The notes: generated from the sequence alone by a model not told the origin. Numbered from the stretch's first letter, positions 8,771 through 17,328 are shown. The stretch: 64,000 nt of DNA from Patescibacteria group bacterium (GCA_028716045.1 JAQUQO010000001.1:256942-320941); one strand, 5' to 3'. Made by a program: numbers and translations.

Positions 8771-9064
8771 ATGAAAAAGGTAGTAAAAATAATTGGTGTT
8801 TTCGTTTTTATTTCCGCTGTAATAGGAGCAATGTTTACATTCAATTTTATAAAAGAAGAAAATGTTGTCTGTAGCTTCGAACTGGAAATTTGCGATGATT
8901 GCGACGGTGGTATTAATAAAAATATAAACTGTGTTTATTACAACACGGCAAAAAATCCGGCGGAGTATTATCCTATTTGGCTCTATAAGCCAGATTGTTT
9001 TGTGAAGATAGGAGTTGACGACGATGGTAATCTCTACACAGAATACACTTCATGTCCGGAATAA
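8771..9064 (+). CDS. small Cys-rich membrane-anchored/secreted hypothetical protein
   Basis: SD AGGAGG, N-terminal hydrophobic helix, 6 Cys and a terminator at 9097-9135. Confidence 0.8.
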   Translation: MKKVVKIIGVFVFISAVIGAMFTFNFIKEENVVCSFELEICDDCDGGINKNINCVYYNTAKNPAEYYPIWLYKPDCFVKIGVDDDGNLYTEYTSCPE

Positions 9065-9193
9065 TGTTTTAGGTTATATTTTACAGAGTAATTTTACCCC
9101 GCAGAGCTAATCGTAGCTTTACGGGGTTTTTTATTTTAAAAACTTCTTTTTATGTTGAGCCCTTGACCCTTTGACGCTTAAAGCGCCCGGGGT

Positions 9194-9223
9194 CTTGACA
9201 AAACCATCAGAATGTGCTATAAT
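9194..9223 (+). promoter_or_regulatory. sigma70 promoter, copy 2 of a duplicated module
   Basis: CTTGACAAAACCATCAGAATGTGCTATAAT, 1 mismatch to copy 1. Confidence 0.85.
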
Positions 9224-9321
9224 GTATTATTACGATAAAAAGTCGTTTTAGATAGTGATTTTATAGGCGTTTGTGCCTATATTATTCATAAAATCGTAAT
9301 AATCTTAAAAAGGAGGAAAAG

Positions 9322-9372
9322 ATGAGGCACTTTTACCCATCTTCGGAAGTTCACTGGAACAGTGAACATTGA
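9322..9372 (+). CDS. putative 16-aa micropeptide MRHFYPSSEVHWNSEH
   Basis: Perfect AGGAGG 5 nt before the ATG. It is the only SD-led ORF between the promoter and the terminator (about 9443-9471). Confidence 0.4.
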   Translation: MRHFYPSSEVHWNSEH

Positions 9373-9469
9373 ACAGATTCGCACCTGTCCCCATAGGAGT
9401 CACCTGCCTTAAGTGGTGAGCCTTAGGAAAGCAGATTCCGGGCGAGAGTTTAAAAAAACTCTCGCTTTT

Positions 9470-10150
9470 TTAATTAAATTTTTCAAAATGAATGTCCTTG
9501 GTTTCTACGCCGTTTTCTTTGAGAATGGCCACACAATCATTGACCATATCGGGTTGGCCGCAGATGTAAAATTTTTTATTTTTATAATTTTTCAACTTTG
9601 CCAAATGTTCCGTCACTCGGCCCGTGGCTCCCGGCCAAGCGGAAGTCGGTCGGGTGAGGGTAGGGGTATAGGAAAAATTGGGATATTTTTTCTTTAATTC
9701 TTCAAGCTCATCCGTAAGAAAAATATCTTCTTCATAGCGTCGCCCTAAAAAAAGATGAATAGGTTTTTTACTCCCGTTTTGTAAGAGTTCTTTAATCATG
9801 CACCGCAGTGGAGAAAGTCCGGCGCCGGTGGCCGCGAAAATATATTCCGGCGCTTCTTCTAAAATAAAAGAACCGAAGGGTCCTTTAAATTCCAGCTCCT
9901 CACCCTCTTTAATGGCGGCGAAATATCCCGAGGCCTTGCCGTTGGGGATAAGTTGAATGCAGAGGCGGATTTGATTTTCTTCGGGCGTGGAAAATAAAGA
10001 GTAGGCGCGATAAATGTCATGTTGGGGAATTTTCACGAGAATATATTGGCCGGCCTGGAAATTTATTTTTTCTTGCGGTTGCAAATATAAAGAGAGAACT
10101 TGCGGCGCCAGTTTTTCTATTTTGGTAATTTTAGCTTTATAATCCGGCAT
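9470..10150 (-). CDS. FAD/NAD(P)-binding oxidoreductase (ferredoxin-NADP reductase family)
   Basis: RAYSL, GKAS, GPFG, ATGAGLSP, YICGQPDMV and terminal EKF motifs. Confidence 0.9.
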   Translation of the reverse strand: MPDYKAKITKIEKLAPQVLSLYLQPQEKINFQAGQYILVKIPQHDIYRAYSLFSTPEENQIRLCIQLIPNGKASGYFAAIKEGEELEFKGPFGSFILEEAPEYIFAATGAGLSPLRCMIKELLQNGSKKPIHLFLGRRYEEDIFLTDELEELKKKYPNFSYTPTLTRPTSAWPGATGRVTEHLAKLKNYKNKKFYICGQPDMVNDCVAILKENGVETKDIHFEKFN

Positions 10151-10193
10151 AATTTTTGATTTGACAGTTATTTTAAGCTATGATATATTTATA

Positions 10194-10212
10194 TCATACT
10201 AAATTAGTATGA
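10194..10212. promoter_or_regulatory. probable Rrf2-family operator between divergent promoters
   Basis: Palindrome TCATACTA-AAT-TAGTATGA. -35 boxes lie at 10161 (+) and 10216-10221 (-). Confidence 0.6.
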
Positions 10213-10226
10213 ATTAGTCAAGTTTT

Positions 10227-10625
10227 ATGTTTACGATAAATAGACAATCTGATTATGGCCTGCGGTTAATGGTGGAATTGGCTAAAAATAAAGATAAAAA
10301 GCCGGTTTCTTTGCGGAAATTTGCGGAGAAATACGGTATTTCTTTTCTTTTTCTTCAGCGGCTCGCCGGAAAGCTCCGTCAGGCAAAATTAATCCGGTCA
10401 ATGCGCGGCTCCGGCGGCGGTTATATTTTAACAAAAAAACCGGCTCAAATAAAGCTCGGGGATATTTTTCGGGCGTTGGAGGGCAAGGTGGCGGTGATGC
10501 GCTGTCTGAAGGGCGGCAAGTCCTGCCCGGCAATTTCCGCTTGTTCAACCAAAAAAATTTTATTCCGTCTGAATTGCGATATTAACAAAGCTTTAAATAA
10601 AATAAAATTAAGCGATTTTAAATAA
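10227..10625 (+). CDS. Rrf2-family (IscR/CymR-like) transcriptional regulator
   Basis: DYGLRLMVELA, S.RG..GGY.L and three Cys (C-X6-C-X5-C). Confidence 0.92.
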   Translation: MFTINRQSDYGLRLMVELAKNKDKKPVSLRKFAEKYGISFLFLQRLAGKLRQAKLIRSMRGSGGGYILTKKPAQIKLGDIFRALEGKVAVMRCLKGGKSCPAISACSTKKILFRLNCDINKALNKIKLSDFK

Positions 10626-10626
10626 T

Positions 10627-11853
10627 ATGAAAACAAAAAAAGAGATTTATTTGGACCATGCGGCCACCACCTATCTTTTGCCGGAAGTGGAAAAGGCGAT
10701 GGCGCCGTATTGGCAAAAAAATTACGGCAATCCTTCCAGCTTGCATTCCAAGGGCAGGGGAGCACTCGTCGCTCTTGATGGAGCGCGCGAAAAAATTGCC
10801 AAAATTTTTAATTGCCGCGGCTCGGAAATAATTTTCACGGGTGGGGGGACGGAGAGCGATAATTTGGCAATTTTTGGCGTGGCGCGCGAGCATCAGAAAA
10901 AAGGCAAACATATTATCACCTCCAAAATAGAACATCATGCTGTTTTGCATAGCGTGGAAGCATTAAGAAAAGAGGGCTGGGAAATTACTTACATTGGAGT
11001 TGATAAAGATGGCTTGGTTAATCCCGAAGATGTTTATAGGGCGATTCGCCCGGAAACGGTTCTTGTTTCCATAATGTATGCCAACAATGAAATCGGAACC
11101 ATTGAGACGATTGCCGATATTGGTCGGGCAATTTTAAAATACCGTAAAGAGCATAATACGGTTTACCCGTATTTTCACACTGACGCCTGCCAAGCGGCTG
11201 GCGCTTTGGATTTGGATGTGGGAAAACTTCATGTTGATTTAATGACTATCAACGGCAGTAAGATTTATGGGCCCAAGGGCGTGGGAGTTTTGTATAAGAA
11301 AAAAATAGTTAAGATTAAGCCCTTGATTTACGGCGGAGCGCAGGAATTCGGATTGCGCGCCGGCACGGAAAATATCCCGGGGATTGTCGGAGTGGCTATC
11401 GCTTTGGAATTGGCGCAAAAAAATAAAGACAAGGAAAATGAGCGTCTGATAAAATTGCGCGATGAGTTGATTGCCGGAATTGAAAAATCTATTCCCAATG
11501 TCAAATTAAACGGCCATCGCGAGCAGCGCTTGCCCAATAACGCCAATATAACTATTTTAGGCATTGAAGGCGAGGCCTTGCTTTTATATCTTGATAATGA
11601 AGGAATTTATGTTTCCACTGGTTCGGCTTGCACTTCCACAAATTTGGACCCTTCGCACGTGATTGTGGCCTTGGGATTGCCATATGAATACGCCCATGGC
11701 AGTGTGCGTTTTACTTTGGGCAAGAGGACGACGGAGGAGGATATTGAAGATGTTTTGAGAATTTTGCCCGGGTTGGTGGAGAAAGTCCGCGCTATGTCGC
11801 CGATAAAAGCGTGTAGTTTAGTTAAGGGCAAGCTGGCGCAGATTAAAAAATAG
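10627..11853 (+). CDS. iscS: cysteine desulfurase
   Basis: YLDHAATT, GNPSSLH, HTDACQ, KIYGPKG and STGSACTS. Confidence 0.95.
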   Translation: MKTKKEIYLDHAATTYLLPEVEKAMAPYWQKNYGNPSSLHSKGRGALVALDGAREKIAKIFNCRGSEIIFTGGGTESDNLAIFGVAREHQKKGKHIITSKIEHHAVLHSVEALRKEGWEITYIGVDKDGLVNPEDVYRAIRPETVLVSIMYANNEIGTIETIADIGRAILKYRKEHNTVYPYFHTDACQAAGALDLDVGKLHVDLMTINGSKIYGPKGVGVLYKKKIVKIKPLIYGGAQEFGLRAGTENIPGIVGVAIALELAQKNKDKENERLIKLRDELIAGIEKSIPNVKLNGHREQRLPNNANITILGIEGEALLLYLDNEGIYVSTGSACTSTNLDPSHVIVALGLPYEYAHGSVRFTLGKRTTEEDIEDVLRILPGLVEKVRAMSPIKACSLVKGKLAQIKK

Positions 11854-11865
11854 AAATTATAAATT

Positions 11866-12534
11866 ATGAAAAAATTATCAAAAAAATCATATAAATTACC
11901 AAAGTCCTGCGATGGAGTGGAGCGCACTGGCGAAGAATGGCTTTATTCGCCCAAAGTTAAGGACCACTTTTTTAATCCGCGCAATATCTTGAGGCCTGAA
12001 GAAGAAAAAAAATACAAGGCCGATGGCGTGGGCTATGTCGGCAGTCCGGCTTGCGGAGACGTGATGAAAGTTTTAATTCAAGTTGACCCCAAAAAAGACA
12101 CCATCACTGATTGCCGTTGGCAGACCTTTGGTTGCGGCAGCGCTATTGCTTCCACTTCCATGATGTCGCAAATAGTGAAGGGGATGAAATTGGATAAAGC
12201 CTTAAAACTTACGCCCAATGATATAATTGACGCTTTAGGCGGTTTGCCGGCGCGAAAAATTCACTGTTCGGTTTTGGGGGACAAAGCGTTGCGGCAGGCG
12301 ATTAACGATTATTTCCGTAAGAGCGGACAATTGGCGCGTGTGGAAGTCGGCAATTATCGGGTTTTGGACAAGGTTTTAAAAATCACTGACCGTGATATAG
12401 AAGAAGCGGTGCTGGAAGGGGCTGATACTTTGGAAAAAGTACAGGCCAAAACCAAAGTTGGCACTGGCGACCCAGGTTCTCTGCCGGAAGTGGAGAAACT
12501 CGTCAGTTTTTACGTGCAGAAGTATTACGGATAA
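11866..12534 (+). CDS. nifU: Fe-S scaffold (IscU/NifU-N domain plus a degenerate BFD-like domain)
   Basis: SPACGD, TFGCGSAIAS and KIHCS, plus a C-terminal extension. Confidence 0.88.
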   Translation: MKKLSKKSYKLPKSCDGVERTGEEWLYSPKVKDHFFNPRNILRPEEEKKYKADGVGYVGSPACGDVMKVLIQVDPKKDTITDCRWQTFGCGSAIASTSMMSQIVKGMKLDKALKLTPNDIIDALGGLPARKIHCSVLGDKALRQAINDYFRKSGQLARVEVGNYRVLDKVLKITDRDIEEAVLEGADTLEKVQAKTKVGTGDPGSLPEVEKLVSFYVQKYYG

Positions 12535-12571
12535 TTTTTTGACTAATAAGAACGCATTTGCTATAATAATT

Positions 12572-12706
12572 TTGCGAAGTCCGAGCGAGACAGTACTCTG
12601 GCCTTATGTTGAAAAGTATTCTTTCGGTTTTAAATAAAAATTTCGCCGGACTTACGTAATTCCCCTCCCAAGTGGCCTCCCTAAACGTAGGGAGGCCTTT
12701 CTTTTT
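12572..12706 (+). ncRNA. candidate stand-alone small RNA
   Basis: TTGACT(12539)-17-TATAAT, a closing stem 12577-12590/12641-12653 and a 10-bp terminator at 12674-12706. Confidence 0.55.
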
Positions 12707-12742
12707 ATCCATTTTTATGGTATTTTTAAATAATCCTTATTT

Positions 12743-13417
12743 ATGGGAACTTTATACATAGTCGCCACGCCAATCGGAAATTTGGAGGATATCACGCATC
12801 GCGCTGTCAGGATTTTGGGCGAGGCGGATTTGATTTTGTGCGAGGATACTAGACAGACAAAAAAGCTTTTGGACCATTACAATATCAGAACAAAAACGCA
12901 GAGTTATCATCAGCATAGCAAGCTTTCCAAGCTGGATTTTATCGTTGAAGAATTAAGGCGCGGCAAAAATATCGCGTTGGTGAGCGATGCTGGCACGCCG
13001 GGGATTTCCGACCCGGGGAATAAATTGGTTGAATATGTCGTGGAGAAATTGCCAGACACGAAAATTGTTCCCATTCCCGGGGGTTCGGCAGTCATCGCGG
13101 CGCTATCTATTTCCGGTTTTCCGACAGATAGATTCAAGTTTTTGGGATTTTTGCCGCACAAGAAGGGGAGAGAGACATTGTTTAAAGAAATTGCTGTGGC
13201 GAAAGAGACGGTGGCTTTTTACGAATCAACCCACCGGATTTTAAAAACATTGGAGCAATTGAAAAATTTTTTAGATAAAAATAGACAAATCGTTGTTTGC
13301 CGCGAGCTTACCAAAATGTTTGAGAGTATTTATCGCGGCGATATTGAAAAAGTTTTAGCGGAACTTTTAAAAGATTCAATCAAGGGAGAATTCACAGTCG
13401 TGGTGCGGGGAAAATAA
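12743..13417 (+). CDS. rsmI: 16S rRNA C1402 2'-O-methyltransferase
   Basis: LYIVATPIGNLEDIT, CEDTR, SDAGTPGISDPG and RELTK. Confidence 0.96.
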   Translation: MGTLYIVATPIGNLEDITHRAVRILGEADLILCEDTRQTKKLLDHYNIRTKTQSYHQHSKLSKLDFIVEELRRGKNIALVSDAGTPGISDPGNKLVEYVVEKLPDTKIVPIPGGSAVIAALSISGFPTDRFKFLGFLPHKKGRETLFKEIAVAKETVAFYESTHRILKTLEQLKNFLDKNRQIVVCRELTKMFESIYRGDIEKVLAELLKDSIKGEFTVVVRGK

Positions 13418-13471
13418 AAATCCCCGCAAACGTGGTGCGGGGATTTTGTTTTTTAGCTTTGGGATTTTTTC

Positions 13472-13780
13472 TTATGGTCCGTTCCTGACGACGGTTGCCA
13501 GAGAAGGCTCTTCTTCGGTATTTTCCTTTTTTTGTACTTTCGTTTTTTCCTCTTCTTTTGGCGGGGGAAACAGAGAATTGAGATTGTTTAACAGGTTATC
13601 GCGTTCCGTTTCGTTTAGCCCCTTTGTGGATATTTCCACATAGGATAGGTCGGATTGATCCGGTATGGGCTGTATTAAAGTAGTTACGCCCCCTTTTAGC
13701 AATCGAAGAGGAGCCAGAAGTTGTTCAATCTTACGTAGTATTTCTGCGGGTACGTTGGATTTTATCCATTTTTCTTCCAT
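13472..13780 (-). CDS. hypothetical protein (accessory cassette)
   Basis: SD AAGGAG, boxA-like element at 13810-13821, its own promoter and a bidirectional terminator at about 13416-13450. Confidence 0.8.
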   Translation of the reverse strand: MEEKWIKSNVPAEILRKIEQLLAPLRLLKGGVTTLIQPIPDQSDLSYVEISTKGLNETERDNLLNNLNSLFPPPKEEEKTKVQKKENTEEEPSLATVVRNGP

Positions 13781-13858
13781 TTTTTCTCCTTTTTATTTAT
13801 TTGATTAATTTGTTAAAATCCATATTGTCTTTAATTTATACCATATTTTATAATATTT

Positions 13859-13921
13859 GTCAAGACCAGTCGGTCGCGACCGACTGGTCAAGTCCCGTCA
13901 GTTTACAACTGACTGGTCAAG
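13859..13921. repeat. tandem hairpin units delimited by GTCAAG (CTTGAC on -)
   Basis: GTCAAG at 13859, 13887 and 13916, with a 26-bp perfect palindrome at 13864-13889. Confidence 0.7.
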
Positions 13922-13939
13922 CCCCCCAAAAAAATATCA

Positions 13940-14027
13940 AAGAAAAAAGCGCGAAAATTAAGCTTTAGAAGTATAGGTCTACCGGTGTGTTAATAAATTC
14001 AGCTTAATTTCCGCGCGAAGAACTATC
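13940..14027 (-). ncRNA. candidate hairpin sRNA divergent from metG
   Basis: 16-bp stem (13949-13964/14001-14016) followed by a U tract on the - strand. TTGACA-17-TATTGT overlaps the metG start. Confidence 0.4.
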
Positions 14028-14053
14028 GTTTACAATAATACAGCAATTGATTT

Positions 14054-15634
14054 ATGTCAAATAAAAAAGGAAAATTTTATATCACCACGCCGATTTATTA
14101 TGTCAACGCCAATCCGCACATTGGCCATACTTATACCACGGTCGCGGCTGATGTTTTGGCGCGTTATCATCGGTTGATTGGCGATAAGACCTTCTTTTTG
14201 ACAGGCACCGATGAGCATGGCACGAAAATTGAAGAGAAAGCCAAGGAAGCGGGATTGTCGCCGCAAAAATTTGTTGACGGCGTGGCGGCGCAATTTGAAC
14301 TGGCTTGGGATAATCTTAATATCTCCCACGACCGATTTATCCGCACTACCGAAGCGGAGCATATGGCGGCCGTGCAAAACGCGCTTCAATATATGTACGA
14401 CAAAGGAGATATTTATCCTGGAAAATATGAGGGGCTATATTGCCGCGGTTGCGAGCAGTTTAAAAATGAGAAGGATTTAATTGATGGCAAATGTCCTGAC
14501 CATAAAACGAAACCAGAATGGATGAGCGAGGAGTGCTATATGTTCAAGCTCTCTAAATATCAGAAAGAGCTTTTGAAAAAGATAGAAAGCGACGAATTTA
14601 AAATTTCACCCAAAGAAAGAAAAAATGAAGTTATAAGTTTTTATAAAAACGAGGGGCTTAAAGACGTGGCTTTTTCCCGCAAGAACGTTAAATGGGGTAT
14701 ACCGCTTCCATGGGATAAAAGCCAGACGACCTATGTTTGGGCTGACGCGTTTTTGAATTATTTGACAGGGTTAGATTGGGAGGGTTCGGGTAAAAAATCA
14801 CCGGAATTTTGGCCCCCAGATGTCCAACTGATGAGCAAGGATATTTTGAGGGTACACGCCACAATTTGGCCGGCGATGCTTTTATCTCTTGGTTTGGAAT
14901 TGCCAAAAGAACTTTTTATTCACGGCTTTTTCTTGGTTGATGGGCAAAAGATGTCCAAATCGCTCGGCAACGTGATTGCGCCGGAAGATTTGGTTAAAAA
15001 ATACGGCGTGGATGCCACGCGCTATCTCTTGATGAGCGCTACTTCTTTTGGCAGTGACGGGGATATTGGTTGGGAATTTTTTGATGAGAAATACACGGCG
15101 GATTTGGCAAACGGGTTGGGAAATTTGGTGGCAAGGGCGACGGCGTTATTTGAGAAAATGGAAGAGGCGGGGATGAGATTAAAAAATAACAATCAATTAC
15201 CTGAAGTATGGGGTGATTTTACGTGTATATTTGATATAGATAATACTTGGGAATCTTATAAAAGAAAGATGGGGGAGATAGCCCTAGACAGAGCCCCCCT
15301 TTATCTAATTTCAGGTAAAATTAATGATAAAGAAGTTCAGAGTATGATTGCTTTTTTGGATAATTATATTTCCACAACCAAACCTTGGGAGTTGATAAAA
15401 AATAAAGACGAACGAACTGAAGTTGTGATGTATAATGTTTTAGAAAGGACCCGTCATATCGCTCTCATGATTTACCCCTTTATGCCCGAGACGGCGGATA
15501 AAATTTTGGAGCAGTTGGGACAGTCGAAAGTTGAGGAAATCAAAGATTTTAAAAGGGCGATGGAGTGGGGCGGTCTTAAAGAAAACGCCAAAATCAAAAA
15601 AGGCGAAATTCTTTTTCCAAGATTAGATAAATAA
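14054..15634 (+). CDS. metG: methionyl-tRNA synthetase
   Basis: YITTPIYY, HIGH, GTDEHG, Zn knuckle and KMSKS. Confidence 0.97.
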   Translation: MSNKKGKFYITTPIYYVNANPHIGHTYTTVAADVLARYHRLIGDKTFFLTGTDEHGTKIEEKAKEAGLSPQKFVDGVAAQFELAWDNLNISHDRFIRTTEAEHMAAVQNALQYMYDKGDIYPGKYEGLYCRGCEQFKNEKDLIDGKCPDHKTKPEWMSEECYMFKLSKYQKELLKKIESDEFKISPKERKNEVISFYKNEGLKDVAFSRKNVKWGIPLPWDKSQTTYVWADAFLNYLTGLDWEGSGKKSPEFWPPDVQLMSKDILRVHATIWPAMLLSLGLELPKELFIHGFFLVDGQKMSKSLGNVIAPEDLVKKYGVDATRYLLMSATSFGSDGDIGWEFFDEKYTADLANGLGNLVARATALFEKMEEAGMRLKNNNQLPEVWGDFTCIFDIDNTWESYKRKMGEIALDRAPLYLISGKINDKEVQSMIAFLDNYISTTKPWELIKNKDERTEVVMYNVLERTRHIALMIYPFMPETADKILEQLGQSKVEEIKDFKRAMEWGGLKENAKIKKGEILFPRLDK

Positions 15635-15690
15635 GAAATAGAAATTAGGAATCATAATTCCTAATTCATAACTCATAATTCATAATTTAA
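15633..15690. repeat. short heptameric tandem repeats
   Basis: TCATAAT/CCTAATT-like 7-mers. Similar tracts occur at about 29778-29812 and 57560-57592. Confidence 0.5.
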
Positions 15691-15696
15691 ATTTTT

Positions 15697-16203
15697 ATGA
15701 TTTTATTTGACCTCGTTCTCCTTATCATTTTAGGTGGGTTTATATTATTCGGCCTTTGGTTTGGGTTAATTCATACACTCGGCGCGTTAGTCGGAGTCAT
15801 CGCCGGTTCGTGGGTGGCGACTCATTATTATGAAGTTGTTGCCAATCAGCTTGGCTGGCTTGTCGGCTCAAGTAATTGGGCAAAAATCATAATTTTTATA
15901 ATGATTTTTATTATAGTAACCCGCCTCGTCGGTTTAGCTTTTTATTTATTGGAAAAAGTTTTTAACATTATTTCCATCATTCCATTTTTAAAAACCATCA
16001 ATCGTTTGGCTGGAGGGATATTTGGAGCGCTGGAAGGGATGCTGGTTTTGGGAACCATTCTTTATGTGGCCAGTAAGTATAATCTTGGCGTTTTAACAGA
16101 GCAGATGGCTCGGTCGGAAATCGCCCCGTATCTTTTATTGGTCACAACAATCTTGTGGCCGCTTTTTCCGGAATTGTTAAAAAAGATAAAATCCGTCATC
16201 TAA
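15697..16203 (+). CDS. cvpA: CvpA (colicin V production) family membrane protein
   Basis: Four TM helices, G...GLI and NRLAGGIFG. Confidence 0.85.
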   Translation: MILFDLVLLIILGGFILFGLWFGLIHTLGALVGVIAGSWVATHYYEVVANQLGWLVGSSNWAKIIIFIMIFIIVTRLVGLAFYLLEKVFNIISIIPFLKTINRLAGGIFGALEGMLVLGTILYVASKYNLGVLTEQMARSEIAPYLLLVTTILWPLFPELLKKIKSVI

Positions 16204-16227
16204 TTTTATCTATTAGTCATTCGCCGT

Positions 16228-17070
16228 ATGTTAATTGATACCCATTGCCACGTTAATTTCAACGCTTACAAAAATGACGCTGATGAAGTGATTAAGCGCA
16301 GTTTGGCTAATGACACTTGGTTGATAAATGTCGGTTCGCAAAGCACGACCAGCGGGCGGGCGGTTGAATATGCCCAAGAGTTTAAAGAGGGAGTTTACGC
16401 GGCAGTAGCGCTGCATCCCATTCATCTTTTTAGGACCGAGATTGATGAAGCGGAAATTAGTTTTAAATTTTCTGTCCGCGGCGAAGCGTTTGATTATAAT
16501 TTTTATAAAAAATTAGCGGAAGATAAAAAGACCGTGGCCATAGGGGAAACGGGGCTTGATTATTACCATTGGCCAGAAGGTTACAGTAAGGAGGAAGTCA
16601 GAAAAAATCAGCGGGAAGTTTTTGAAAAACATTTGGATTTGGCAGAAGAAATGGAGTTACCGGCGATTATCCATTGCCGCGAAGCGCATGATGATATTAT
16701 GGAAATTTTAAAACGTAGATACGAGAGGGAGAAGTTAAAAGAAAGGGGAGTACTCCATTGTTTTTCGGGCGACTTGAAGCTGGCTCGCGAATATATTGAA
16801 TTAGGATTTTTAATTAGCTTTACGGGGCTTATCACTTTTGTAAAAGATTGGGACAAAGTTATTGCCGGATTGCCCTTGGAAAAATTGATGGTGGAAACCG
16901 ACGCGCCTTATTTGACGCCGGAGCCGTTTCGCGGAAAACGTAACGAACCGCTTTACGTAAAATACGTGGCGGAAAAAATCGCCAAACTGAAAGGATTGGA
17001 ATTTGAAGAAGTGGCGGAGGCGACTTGGCAAAACGCTTTGAGGTTGTTTTCTAAAATAAAAACCGCCTGA
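16228..17070 (+). CDS. tatD: TatD-family deoxyribonuclease
   Basis: DTHCH, AIGETGLDY, IHCREA, HCFSG and ETDAPYL. Confidence 0.96.
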   Translation: MLIDTHCHVNFNAYKNDADEVIKRSLANDTWLINVGSQSTTSGRAVEYAQEFKEGVYAAVALHPIHLFRTEIDEAEISFKFSVRGEAFDYNFYKKLAEDKKTVAIGETGLDYYHWPEGYSKEEVRKNQREVFEKHLDLAEEMELPAIIHCREAHDDIMEILKRRYEREKLKERGVLHCFSGDLKLAREYIELGFLISFTGLITFVKDWDKVIAGLPLEKLMVETDAPYLTPEPFRGKRNEPLYVKYVAEKIAKLKGLEFEEVAEATWQNALRLFSKIKTA

Positions 17071-17328
17071 CTATTTTTTGTCAGACGGGCTTTCTTTGCA
17101 GATTTTTACGTAGATTTCTGTGACTTTTTCGGGATTTATCACTCCGGTTGTTTTGCGGATAGGGAATTCAAAACTGGCCGTTCCAATGTCTTCTTCAAAT
17201 CCGGCCAGTTTCATCTTTTCATCCGTTCCCGGAGGACATTTGGTTGGGATGACCACTATTCGCGGTCCGCTCGCACAGGAAGCGATAAATAAACCGATAC
17301 TAATAAAGAGTAACACCAGTCGGGTCAT
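17071..17328 (-). CDS. small putative lipoprotein
   Basis: ATG at 17328 with SD AGGAG. MTRLVLLFISIGLFIASC is lipobox-like. Confidence 0.7.
   Translation of the reverse strand: MTRLVLLFISIGLFIASCASGPRIVVIPTKCPPGTDEKMKLAGFEEDIGTASFEFPIRKTTGVINPEKVTEIYVKICKESPSDKK

Noticed and set aside
9370-9396. TGA recoding (genetic code 25) or selenocysteine readthrough
   Set aside because: Conserved genes such as tatD and mrdA end in TGA, long genes have no in-frame TGA, and readthrough would add only a few codons.
13859-13921. CRISPR array
   Set aside because: The repeat is only 6-11 bp with 3 copies, the spacers are palindromic and there are no cas genes.
13965-14005. Purine riboswitch (TCTACC..TAAA-like words)
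   Set aside because: It lacks the P2/P3 stems and the conserved loop-loop sequences.
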